From Eledone cirrhosa (taxonomy: Eukaryota), in NCBI GenBank assembly GCA_964016885.1, contig OZ024742.1, positions 357,120,001-357,184,000 of the forward strand: a stretch of 64,000 nt of DNA, given 5' to 3'. Positions 49,185 through 62,730 of the stretch are shown one piece after another. The translations under genes were made by a program, and so were the position numbers. The notes under the pieces were generated by a model. It was not told the DNA's origin and did no database searches. It saw nothing but the letters and a program-made list of their open reading frames with translations. The stretch's first letter is position 1. Each line of letters begins with the position of its first letter.

Positions 49185-49712
49185 TACTTCTCCAAATTGA
49201 GAGATCGCAGCACGGATACTATGGACATGTGGTTACAATGTCTCAGGAAAGAATTGCTGAACAGAGTTTTAACTTTGAGATCAAAGAATCACTCCAGGTA
49301 GAGCTGCTACTTCACTGAATTGAGAGATCACAGCTGTAATACTATGAACATGTGGTTAGAATGTCTGAGAGAAGAATCTCTGGACAGAGTTTTAACTTCT
49401 AGACCAAAGAATCACTCCAGGTAGAGCTGCTAATTCACTGAATTGAGAGATCACAGCTGTGATACTATGGACATGTGGTTAGAATGTCTCAGGAAAAAAT
49501 TACTAGACAGATGTTATGAGCAAAACCAACTGGCAGGAGAACCAGGGGTAGACTCGAGCAAGATGGTTGAATAACATTTATGAGCTTGGCTGGTCTCGCT
49601 TGGGGATCCTGTTGGATCAGTTGAAGATGGTTGCTTCTGAGGGAACCTGCTGGAAGAAGTGTTTGAGGATCCTGCCCCCACGACCCTCTCAAGAATAAGA
49701 GGAAGAAGAACA
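49185..49712 (+). mobile_element. RTE-type LINE 3' fragment with a triplicated ~122-bp 5' segment
   Basis: IERSQ..YYGHVVRMSQERIA occurs three times (49197, 49319, 49442), then AKPTGRRTRGR..GWSRLGI. Confidence 0.75.
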
Positions 49713-50268
49713 CTGGACATTCAAACCATAGTGTTGAAGATATCAGTTCTAGCGTGTCTCTGAATATGGGACCTAAATCTGATTGCCTCAGTCTGCTTTA
49801 AAAACAATTGTTGCTGCTGTTGTTGTTGTTGTTGTGTGTGTGTGTAACCCTGTGTGTTTATGCATACAAATAAGAGCATTTAAAATATTGAAAATTCTCT
49901 AAATTGTGAAATATTATGTCTTTGGGGGCTACCAGAACATGTTTATTATTAAAGCAGAATATTTGATTTAGAGAATATATCTATAAAATGACAGCTTTAT
50001 TATTCTATACAAGAAAGGTTTACAAGACTGATTTCTAATTGTTATCCTATTGAATGTGAAACTTTTGAATTTTATATAATGAAAAAATAGCTATAGTAAT
50101 ATAAATAGATTTCCCAGAAGAATATAGAGTACATACTATTCACTCCAGTAGTTCTATGAGGTTCAAGTTTCTGGAAGTTTTCTCCAATTTCTCTGTCAAA
50201 TGGGTGAAATAAGAGTCTATTCTACTATTAACAACTTTTTTCATTGGAAATTTTAAATGATGTCTAAA

Positions 50269-50377
50269 TTCTACAGTGCTATAGCAAACTATATTCTACA
50301 GTGCTATAGTAAACTATATTCTACAGTGCTATAGTAAACTATATTCTACAGTGCTATAGTTTACTATAGCACTGTAG
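50269..50377. repeat. 25-bp tandem repeat ending in a fold-back hairpin
   Basis: (ttctacagtgctatagtaaactata) about 3.6 times, then actatagcactgtag, the reverse complement of the unit. Confidence 0.9.
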
Positions 50378-50537
50378 TACATGGTTCTTGTCTCAGGACC
50401 GGATTTTATTGGGGCCAAAGGGGAAATTACTCTGGGCTCCATACACTGAGGGGGAGTTCCCACCAGAAACGGCCGTAGCAATTTATTTATGCCCACAGAT
50501 GGGATTTTTAATTTTAGAATGGTTAGAATTTTTGAAT

Positions 50538-50765
50538 TTAATCCTTTAGCATTTACATTACTCTATATATACTAGTGTATTTTTGCGATAAAGGCTTTAT
50601 CTCACATAATTATCTCAAATAATATCTAATCTACTGATTTTGATGTTATTTATTTTGAGAACAATACCTTAACATGTGTATGAGTGGCCGGTTATGGCTG
50701 GTTTGAACAGAAAGAGGTGAGAGAATTCTGGCCGGGTATAGCTGGTTTAAATGCGAAAGGGTTAA
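50538..50765. mobile_element. piggyBac-type MITE nested in the hAT-like MITE, TTAA duplicated
   Basis: The empty site ..tttaatacctgtatg is visible at about 26400 and 33023; here TTAA flanks both sides. Confidence 0.88.
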
Positions 50766-51081
50766 TACCTGTATGTATAACTTTTCAATTCCAATTATTT
50801 GTGCTAAGCTAACTTCGACATATAAAATTGGGAGGTTTGCTGTGTATTTTAATTTGTTGTGTTTGGGGACCCCCTAAACCTGATATGCCCCGGGTCCCCC
50901 AAGGAGTAAATCAACCCTGTAGGTATCTGTAGCTAAGACATTTAATTAACAGCAAAGGAATCTGAAATATAAATATTAATTAACAAACTCTCAGATTCTT
51001 TTGTTTCTTCGGGGAACAGTAAAATGATTGTGAATATATATATATGCATATATATATATATATGTATATGCATATATATGC

Positions 51082-51115
<34 letters not shown>

Positions 51116-51187
51116 GCATATATATATATATATATATATATGTAAAAGAAATCAAAGAACGCCAACATACTCATACAATTTTTATTT

Positions 51188-51232
51188 GCTGACAAAGTTT
51201 CATCCATACCATTGGGCAGGTATCATCAGAGC
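51188..51232 (-). ncRNA. Minimal type-I hammerhead motif next to (TA)n
   Basis: GCT-CTGATGA-TACCTGCC(CAAT)GGTATGGAT-GAAA-CTTTG-TC-AGC; canonical core, GUC triplet, bulged stem II. Confidence 0.7.
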
Positions 51233-52418
51233 TTTATAAACAAAAATATATTGCTGAGTATAATCTCTACCGAGCTTAATCACATGAACATTAGAAATAC
51301 AATAGAGGGTGATAAGAGGGAGATTGTGAATGGCGAAGTATGGAGAGAGTGCATAGTGGGGTTGTAATTCCGCACTACAGCTAAATGCAATGGTACAGGC
51401 AGATATTTTCACAAGATGCAGAAGCACGTGAGGGCACATAAAGGCAAAAATTATAAACAATAGTTAAAACATATAATAATAAAGTAAAAGGAAAATAATA
51501 ATATAAAGAGATAAACAAATTTTTTAAATTAAAAAAGAAAAAAGAAAAAGTTTTAAAACAAACAAAAAACAGAGGAAGCTATGCATTGGTCACTATATAT
51601 AACAGGTGATTTAGCTCTCCATAACTAAGAGTTATAGAAATACTTAAAGGCTCCCAAGATATCTTCAAAAAGCCCAAATGAGATTTTATTCGTCCCCATA
51701 GTATACATAATCAAGGTATACTAGTAGGTTACAGAATTATGTGGACCATGGGTGCTAAACCTGTATATAGACAGGTACCACATAAATACAGGCCAAACAC
51801 AAGCAAAGTGGGGTTAATGCATGATCAGGCTAAAGCAAAAATACATAACAAAAATGGTTGAGTTCCTGAAAAAACACACATTGGGTGAGGAGTCACTATG
51901 CATCATCATCATTATTTCATTTTATGTCCGCTTTTTCCCTGCATGCAAGGGTGGGACAGGAACTGATTCTGGCTTGATTTCTACAGCTGGATGCCCTTCC
52001 TAACACCAACCTCATTTACAGTGAGTGCTGGGTGCTTTTTTTTCGTGTCACCTCCACGACCACTTTACAGTGGAATGATAGGGAGCCCAGTCCCTATCAT
52101 CTCATTTCTACAGCTGAGTAAACTGGAGCAATGTGAAATAAAGTGTCTTGCTCAAGGAAACAAAACATCACCCGGTCTGAGAATTGAACTCACAACCTTT
52201 TGATTGCAAGGCCAATGCTCTAACCACTAACTTGTTATCCCATATATATATATATATGGGATAACAAATTATCATTTTAGGTAATCCAGTTAGAGGTTGT
52301 GAGTACACTGTACTATGGATAGTTTTAATGTACGGCGTTGTTTGACTCAACAAGAGGTTTCCTTAGTTAGGTAGTGAGTTTGCGAGAATTCCCATGAAGG
52401 TCATTCTTGGAGTAATAG

Positions 52419-52614
52419 TAGTGAAAGAGTGAAGAATAACATGGTCGGCTGTACAAAAAGGGTTTTATTTACAGTATTAACAATTGTTTCATTGATCAGG
52501 TGAGTCTAAAGGGCACTGATCACTCAAAATTGCGTCACTCGACCTTAAATACAGTATGTGTCCCTGACACACGTTTTTGTACAGCCGACCATGTTATTCT
52601 TCACTCTTTCACTA
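52419..52614. repeat. 41-bp perfect inverted repeat; spacer holds a GAAACAATTGTT HHR-like remnant on minus
   Basis: 52419-52459 vs 52574-52614; adjacent to (TA)n. Confidence 0.85.
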
Positions 52615-53255
52615 TATATATATGTGACCTGTCTGTTTCTTTCTTACTGCTTCCCCTGTCTCTGTATCTCTCACTTTCTTTTTACCCCCTCTCCCAGTCA
52701 CTCTCTCTGTTAGCCTCTTCCTCACACTTTCACTCACTCACGCTCTGCTACTCTCTCTCCTACTTCCTCCTGTTTGACCTGTGTGAAATTCTTTTCTCAC
52801 TCACATTTCGACCAGGTTGGATGGTCTTTATTCTCTCTCGTCTACGATTTCACAGAACTTATGTTCATCGATTTCAGAGACTTGACTCCTTCTTCCTCAC
52901 TTTTCGTTGCATCACCATCTTTGTTTGTTTACTGTCTCGCTCGTTCCCCGTATTTACGCGTCCCAGACTTTCTTTAGCCGTTGCTCGCACCAGCCAGACG
53001 TATATGGTCTTTAAAGCGATTAAATACCAATGAAGGCTGGAAGATCACTGATGAAGGACTAAATTTATTCATATGATATATATATATATATATGATATAT
53101 ATATATATATATATATATATGATATATATATATATATAATATATATATATCATATATATATATATATATCATATATATATCATATATAATATATATATAT
53201 CATATATATATATATATCATATATATATCATATATATATATATGATATATATATC

Positions 53256-53286
<31 letters not shown>

Positions 53287-53420
53287 GAAAGTGAGGTTTT
53301 TTTTACAAAATGAAAAATAACCGAGGTGTCCTACACGAGTGGAAGTATAAAGAAAAAGGGATGAAATCGAAAATGCAACTGAAGTCTTATTTTTTTTAAA
53401 ATATATATATTTATTTGGTT

Positions 53421-53458
53421 CCTTTACCGGTTTCGCAGTTCTTCTGCTTTTCAAAAGG
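53421..53458 (-). ncRNA. Minimal hammerhead, U3-A8 core (mirror copy)
   Basis: Reverse complement of 53534-53571. Confidence 0.75.
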
Positions 53459-53533
53459 TGAGTTGAGATGGAGGGTCTGTGGTTTTTCTCACATCTGATG
53501 TGAGAAAAACCACAGACCCTCCATCTCAACTCA

Positions 53534-53571
53534 CCTTTTGAAAAGCAGAAGAACTGCGAAACCGGTAAAGG
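53534..53571 (+). ncRNA. Minimal hammerhead, U3-A8 core
   Basis: CCTT-TTGAAAA-GCAG(AAGAA)CTGC-GAAA-CCGG-TA-AAGG; palindromic stem III ACCGGT. Confidence 0.78.
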
Positions 53572-53639
53572 AACCAAATAAATATATATATTTAAAAAAA
53601 AATAAGACTTCAGTTGCATTTTCGATTTCATCCCTTTTT

Positions 53640-53670
<31 letters not shown>

Positions 53671-53671
53671 A

Positions 53672-53894
53672 GATCAAAAGATGGTTAAAAGAGTTCCATG
53701 TATTTTATTTTGCGCATTTCAAAAACAAATATCATCATGCGATGACATTTGCGTTTTCGTCAGATCAAATATGGAGACATTATATGAAGGTTAAAAAACA
53801 CTTATGACGAAAACGCAAATGTCATCGCATGATGATATTTTTTTTGAAATGCGCATAATAAAATATATGGAACTCTTTTAACCATCTTTTGATT
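53672..53894. repeat. About 90-bp inverted repeat with a decayed HHR-like motif spanning the spacer and right arm
   Basis: 53672-53762 vs 53804-53894; GACATT..TGAC-GAAA-ACGCA-AATGTC. Confidence 0.85.
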
Positions 53895-53989
53895 TTATAT
53901 ATTATTTATACTCCAGTCCTACAAACTGTAGAGTGCTACTTATCCGATATCTGCATTGCTTTATTGTACTACAATAAAACTCACCTCCT

Positions 53990-55055
<1,066 letters not shown>

Positions 55056-55125
55056 CGGAACAAGTAAACATTAAACAATCTTTTAAATAGATTAAAATAC
55101 GATTTAAATATTTACCTCTTCTAGT

Positions 55126-55205
55126 GCCATGACCGACGGTTTCGCTTATTAAAAGATTGGAAATTCAGAGAATTTCCAATGGAAAGATATAGCTCTTCAG
55201 ATAGC
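55126..55205 (-). ncRNA. Type-I hammerhead with an extended stem II
   Basis: GCTAT-CTGAAGA-GCT..ATTGGAAATTC(TCT)GAATTTCCAAT..AGC-GAAA-CCGTCGG-TC-ATGGC; canonical core, GUC triplet. Confidence 0.82.
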
Positions 55206-55661
55206 TTTTCCAAATCTACTAGACATAAGTCCGTATAGATGTAGATATATCACCCTCTGCCCAGTGAATGAATAAAGCCGTTAAAATTACCCACACACTT
55301 ATTGGACCGTTAGAAATAGCGGGAATTATAGACTCGCTGATATTTCATGCTGCTATTTCTAGCAGCATGATACAGCATTTTTCTCTACATTAAGGAGAAT
55401 TAGATAAATGATATAGATATCCCAGTAGGTACTAGGTACCCACGGAAATATATATGGTGTCTATAATAGTGGTTGGAGGTGCCATGGCAAAAAAGCACCC
55501 AGCACTCACTGTAAATGAAGTTGGTGTTAGGAAGGGCATCCAGCTGTAGAAATGAAGCCAGAATCAGTTCCCATCACACCCTTGCAAGCAGGGAAAAGTG
55601 GACGTAAAATGAAATGATGATGATACATTATTGCGGGTCTATATTAAAACTATATATATAT

Positions 55662-55724
55662 ATATAAATATTCCTGAAATGTTATGTGTCATCAGGGCCT
55701 TAGAAGTTCTGTTTAGTTCTTGTT

Positions 55725-55783
<59 letters not shown>

Positions 55784-55845
55784 ACAAGAACTAAACAGTA
55801 CTTCTAAGGCTCTGATGACACATAACATTTCAGGAATATTTATAT
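55662..55845. repeat. About 62-bp inverted repeat with a (TA)n spacer
   Basis: ataaatattcctgaaatg..ttcttgttga (TA)n tcaacaagaa..catttcaggaatatttat. Confidence 0.9.
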
Positions 55846-57252
55846 GTATGATGATGATGATGATATTAATGATAATGATGAGGAGGAGAACGAAGATGTT
55901 AATGATGATGATGATGAGAATGATAGAAAAGTATTAATGAGAAGATGGAAATATGATAATGATACTGCAATTAAATGAAACTTAAGGAAGTTAGTGAAGT
56001 ATCAGAATATGAATATTGATATAAATCTATTGAATTAAGTGGAGCATGTATATTACAGTATGTCAGGTAAATAGTGATATGCTAAGGCTAAAGGTGTACC
56101 AGCTGAGAAATCATAGCAGACTTGAAATGAAATTAAACAAAGCAAACATGAAGTTAAATTTTATTGATGATAGGTGGTGATGAGCTCTAATGCTAAATAT
56201 GTTTGTAATCTTATGTCAGGTGCCAATTTGTCCAAGAACCCTAACATCAATGTCAAAGTTGTTGGGAACTTGCATATTAAAATTTAAACCATAAGTAAAC
56301 TCATCAATTACTGACCCAACAGAGATTTTATAGTCATTTAGCTGGATGTATTAGAGACATGAATGTTTGCAAGGACTGAATCATCTGCTAAATAGCATCA
56401 TTAATAGACATAAAATGGTTGAATTATCAAGGAAGTCAAGTTTATTTATTACAACCTATTACCTAGATTCCTGCTACTAACCACAGGGCTGTTTAATGCT
56501 CAAAGGAATATTTTATGACAACCTGCTACTTTACTTTGGAATGTTTTACAAGATTACATAAACGATGAGGCACTGTGAAGGGTTCAACACTATTTTAATG
56601 TTAAAATTCAAACGTAAATCCAAGATAATTTATTAGCTGCAATTATATTTCTAGCATATATTATGATTAATTTGTTTAAATATCATTTCCCATCCCCAGT
56701 TGATACCTGCCAGAGTTAAAATCGTTAAAATGAAGCTGCTCTATTTTATTTCAAACCTTCAACTAAGATGTAAATCCATTGGGTTCATAGCTGTTACTGT
56801 GTACTGTGAGGTACCTTTTAAATTTATCTTTTCTTTCACAATCCTATGCAGGAAATAAAATTCCATCAAATTTACTGCAATGATTTAAAACAGCTAACAT
56901 TTATAAACAATAAAATTAGCTGTTGTAATGGATATATTTGTCACATGTAAAACTAATCCCAGCTTAGAGATACTCCAGTCCTTGCCTATTATTTCCTAAC
57001 CAGCCTACACAAATACAATCAATGTTTAGAAAATGTTGCTTTTCAAAGCTTTCAAAATCTTTATATCATAACTATCTCTAGGTAGAAATAACACTTAAAT
57101 CTTAGCTTAGATCTTCCTCAAAGAACAGTGTATTTCATTTCACTTCATTGACAAAAGGCTGCAAATCTTATTCAACATAATACCAAAATCTCACTGCGGA
57201 TTTTCAGTAGATTCCTAGTTCTTGTATAAAAGCTTCTCTTTAATCCAGTTGA

Positions 57253-57330
<78 letters not shown>

Positions 57331-57500
57331 ATCTAAGAATACAATTAAAAACTGATCACTTTTCTTCCATTGTACAGCAGACAAATACAAGATAAAACTA
57401 TTATGCACTTAGTGAAGTAAGGTCCTGAGGAGAAGAAACATCTTTTGAACATATTTCATTATCACATAGTTTATCTAGGCATAGAAATATAAGTACAGTA

Positions 57501-57543
<43 letters not shown>

Positions 57544-57694
57544 CATTGTGTTTGGAATGTTATGCCCGAATACAAAAGTGCTGGGTGTGTTTGAAATTTG
57601 AAAATATGAGCATCTAAAATGCAGAAAATGACTGTAATAAGTCACGAGTTATATATAGAGAAGGCTTATCTATACTAATCAACTATTATTACAT

Positions 57695-57843
57695 TTGACG
57701 CATAGAGTTACGGCCCTTGCCATTCTGAGTTCAAATCCCGCCGAGGTTAACTTTGCCTTTCATCCTTACGGGGTCGATAAAGTAAAGTACCAGTAATACA
57801 CTGGGTATTTGCTGGCCTTGTGCCTAACGTAGAAACAATTATT
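57695..57843 (+). mobile_element. Family-A tRNA SINE (5'-truncated)
   Basis: Family body and tail. Confidence 0.85.
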
Positions 57844-58458
57844 ACAGACATTTCCTGCGTTTGGGATTCAAATTGTCAAATATTTATATCAGTACAATAA
57901 TACTCTCTCTCTTTCTTCTTTTTTCATGAAAACCTATTTATATTTCCTTCTTTCTTGTGTTACAATTTACACAACTTGCCTGCACCATATCATGTTTCAA
58001 GTAATACTTTACATCTCATTTGTTGACGTATTCACATTGCTGTCCGTCTTGAAGTAAACTCCATAATTTGTTATTGTATATCTCTCCTTTGTTCTGCCTT
58101 ATACCATCTTGCTTTTGTAAGCGCATCATCATCATCAACTTCGTTTAACGTCTATCTTCCACGCTAGCATCTGACTGGTTAGAGAATTGGATTCACAATC
58201 TTGAGGTTGTAAGTTCGATTCCTGGACTGGGCGATGCGTTATGTCCTTGAGCAAGACACTTTATTTCCCGTTGCTCCTTCTATCTGGAGTTGCAACCGAT
58301 AGATAGTACTAGCAACTGGAAAGACCAACGGAAACATTGGTTCCTCGGTCCGATTTGATGAAAGTCGATCGATCCTTTTAATATATATATATGTAATTAT
58401 AATATATATATATACATATACATATATATATATATATAATAACAAATTATGGAGTTTA

Positions 58459-59356
58459 CTAGAGTCAGAACTGGATGGAAAAAGTTCAGAGAGCTTATAC
58501 CACTATTAGCCGCTAAAGGGTTCTCTCTAAAAATAAAAGGCAGGCTGTATGATGCCTGCATACGAACAACAATGTTACATGGCAGTGAGACCTGGACATT
58601 GTGTGCAGAGGATATACGCAGAGTGGAGAGGAACGAAGCTTGCATGCTCCGCTGGATGTGTAATAGTAATATACGTGAACGGCAAAGCATAAACGAACTA
58701 AGAGAAACATTTGAAATAAGAGGGATCAGATGTTGTTTACTCGAGAGACGACTACGTTGGTATGGTCACGTGATGCGCATGAAAGACGACAGCTGTATCA
58801 AAAAGTGCAGGGCGATAAAAATAGACGTTAGCCACGGAGTAGGCAGACCCAGAAAAACCTGGGACGAGCTGATAAATTCCGACCTCACACACTTACACCT
58901 CTCCAAGACAATGTCACTGGACCGAGACCTTTGGCGGTACTCAGTAATAGAGAAGACCCGCCTTACCTAAGTACAAAGTGAAACCTACTACAGTCAGTAG
59001 GCATCTCTAACAAAAATACACCCCCGTCACACTACCCCACCCCATCCACACCGCCCCTTCCAATGTAAAGTTATGTTGGTATCACAGCATCCAGGCCGAA
59101 ACAAATGAGGTCGTGTAGGTGTCACGACAAAAAAACACAGTCCACGCTGTAATGTGGCCGTGTAGGTAACACGGTAAAAACCTCCTAGACCCACACTGTA
59201 AACGTGGTTGGTGTCAGGAAGGGCACCCAGCTGTAGAAAACACGCCAGTCAGTCCTATGCGAGCAAGACAATCACTCTTGCCTCAAGTGGGACTACCCCC
59301 GTCCAAACCCATGCAAGTGTGGAAGATGGACGTTAAACGATGATTATGATGATGAT
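58459..59356 (+). mobile_element. RTE LINE 3' fragment, closely related to 9156-12128
   Basis: ORF 58449-58970 is nearly identical in translation to the C-terminus of the long RTE ORF. Confidence 0.93.
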
Positions 59357-59407
59357 ATATATATATATATATTCAACCTGTCCGGCCTCCTGTCATTTTA
59401 CATTATA

Positions 59408-59472
<65 letters not shown>

Positions 59473-60190
59473 AGTGAGAGAGAGAGAGAGAGAGAGAGAG
59501 AAACAGAGAATGAGAGAGAGAGAGAAAATGAGGGAGAGAGATAGAAAGAGAGAAAGAGAAAGAAGAGAGATAGAAAGAAAGAAAGAGAAAGCAGAGAGAA
59601 GAGAGAGAGACAGAAAGAGAGAGTGGCTAGTTGATTTATCTGTCGATAGAATGATGACAAAGAAATGAAATATCAAGCCTTCACACAGTTGGCCAACACT
59701 GTCCACTCAGTCAGATGTGACACTCAATTAGTCAAATTCCTCACATTTTCTGTCTAATTGTCTCCCTTTCATATCTTCCGGTATCCCCGTCAAATGATAC
59801 CGTGACGTTCATCCTTAACACTGTTACTGAATTTCAGTTTGTTCCTGCGTATATATGGTAACTAAAGGATCATAAAAATATCATATATTGTTTTTTAAAT
59901 AATAAAGTAGAAAATCAAACTTTCCAGTTGTTGTCTTCCTGTTTCTTCTACAACAACTACAACGGTACGCGATGGTGGCCCACCCATAGCCCCGGTGGCT
60001 ATTTTTCATTACAGTTTAGAAAGTTGCCAGAGTGTGAAATTCACTGGCAATTCTGATTGTCAGTGAAATACTTTTGATGAAGAGTTTCTCATTACGTTTC
60101 GTTTATATTTCTTCCTTGTTTTTAAGAAAATATCAAATATATGCTTATATTTTGTACCGATCTATCAATCTATCTATCTTCCTCTCTCTC

Positions 60191-60911
<721 letters not shown>

Positions 60912-61276
60912 CCCCTCCATATCATATATGATGGCTGCCCCCTCGTTATCGAGTATGGCTATTGCACGATATACCATTATTAATAATTATGAATTAATTC
61001 TATCGTGCAATGCCTGTGCGTGAAGATATTTTTTAAAGTGAGGAAATACTGTGTACTGAGCCAATCCCACTCTCTGAGTGACAGTAGCTATAACCCGAAA
61101 AAAAGAACAGATCAACATCGTCAGTAACTACTGAGCAGCAGGTTTTATATCGGTGTTATCCCAGTTTCCTGAGTTGCCTTCTCCTAGAAGAATGCTCTGA
61201 CATAAGCTAGGGGTGCTTCACTCCCAATTGTTTAACCACGCTATCGCGCTATCCAGCCCGACTATTTCTATGTCCC

Positions 61277-61283
<7 letters not shown>
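60912..61283 (-). mobile_element. Second copy of the 4781-5140 retroposon
   Basis: Reverse-complement similarity over the full length. Confidence 0.7.
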
Positions 61284-61330
<47 letters not shown>

Positions 61331-61367
61331 TACATACACACACGTATTATATGTTTTTGTGTGTGTG

Positions 61368-61410
<43 letters not shown>

Positions 61411-61544
61411 AAAAGTTTCGCTCTACTAGGCTGAATACAATAAAAGTAACCTGAGTTTTTCGAATATTAGTAATAACATTCGATTCGTTTGCAATTATGC
61501 AAACAAGCCTCATGTTTATAGCCATGTCAGTAGAATGAACCCAT

Positions 61545-62019
61545 CATTCTTGCTTCTTTCGACTGGTATGACAGCGCTCTGAGTCTTGCTGCCACACATA
61601 CAGCCTACCTGCAGCAACCTGGTCGATCCAGGGCTTTACTACCTCGCTCAGAACGCGGATGTAGCCATCGATGTTTAGCTTGAGGCCCTGAGGGAAGAAG
61701 TGAGGTGGCATGACGTCACATTCACTGCTGACGACACCTAAGACCAATGTTGTCGCTGGAAACTTTGTCTGCATGACTCTGGGCACGTCTTTGCATGAGA
61801 CAGCGAGCCACCTGTTGTGCTGGGAGTTGATCTTCTGGTCCTTATTTGTCCTCCCGGCACGGATTCCAAGAATTCCACAAATTTGGAGGTTCAAAATTAT
61901 TTATAATTCTGAAAATAAATAATGGAAATGTTTTTATGAAGACAAGAGTGACAATGGAAGTAAAAAAAAATTGCATAAAATTAACAGTTGAAAATTGCGA
62001 ACAGATGTTCCGCACCCTG
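61545..62019 (-). mobile_element. Internally deleted copy of the DD37D transposon (one TIR retained)
   Basis: Matches 3835-4116 joined to 4531-4741; TIR ..CGCACCCTG followed by TA. Confidence 0.9.
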
Positions 62020-62025
62020 TATATA

Positions 62026-62664
62026 AATCGAAAAAATGAAATTTCATTTCTCCCTCTTAGTATGGCTGATACTTAAATGTAAGTATGTATACGTACATAC
62101 AGACGTATAGTAGTATGTATATACATGCATACATGCACACATATATATGTACGTATGGGTTTACCGAACATTTATGTGTGCATGTATGTTTGTATACACA
62201 TACTACTGTATGTCTGTATACATATATGTATGCACGTATACATACTTACATTTAAGTAACAGCCGTACTAAGAGGGAGAAATGAAATTACATTTTTTCCA
62301 TTTATCGTTTTCGGTACGCCCGGCCGACTAACTCACTCGATATATAAATTAGGCTGCTCAGCCATTAATATGCATGAGGAAAGTATATACTTTTAAACGC
62401 TCAATCAACTGACAGGAAGGTATACGGTGCTGATGACAGCTAATAAGCTAGAAACTAGTTCATCGCTCCTTTGTCAGTGTTGAACAAATAGGGCAACGAT
62501 GGTTGCCGAACACTGTACGGCTTAATTCAGGATGTTTGTTTACAAACAAACCGAGCATTATAATAAATGTTCGGTAAACCCATACGTACATATATATGTG
62601 CATGTATGTATGTATATACATACTACTGTACGTCTGTATACATATATGTATGTACGTATACATA

Positions 62665-62668
<4 letters not shown>
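62026..62668 (+). mobile_element. Non-coding PLE/retrozyme-like element with an inverted 5' copy and a direct repeat
   Basis: 62026-62095 is inverted against about 62230-62303, and 62080-62174 against about 62565-62667; 62175-62250 is repeated at about 62595-62667; HHR inside; (TA)n follows. Confidence 0.72.
62425..62465 (+). ncRNA. Minimal type-I hammerhead
   Basis: CGGTG-CTGATGA-C-AGCT(AATA)AGCT-A-GAAA-CTAG-TT-CATCG; palindromic stem III ACTAGT. Confidence 0.8.

Positions 62669-62730
<62 letters not shown>

Larger units (their letters stand above)
53346..53646. repeat. Near-perfect 301-bp palindrome (150-bp arms, 1-nt spacer)
   Basis: Arms 53346-53495 and 53497-53646; I see one A/T difference, in a homopolymer run. 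Confidence 0.95.

Noticed and set aside
53048-53070. Isolated CTGATGA/CTGAGGA heptamers (53048, 55812, 57425, 14829)
   Set aside because: No stem II plus GAAA plus stem III arrangement follows; these are truncated or chance matches.
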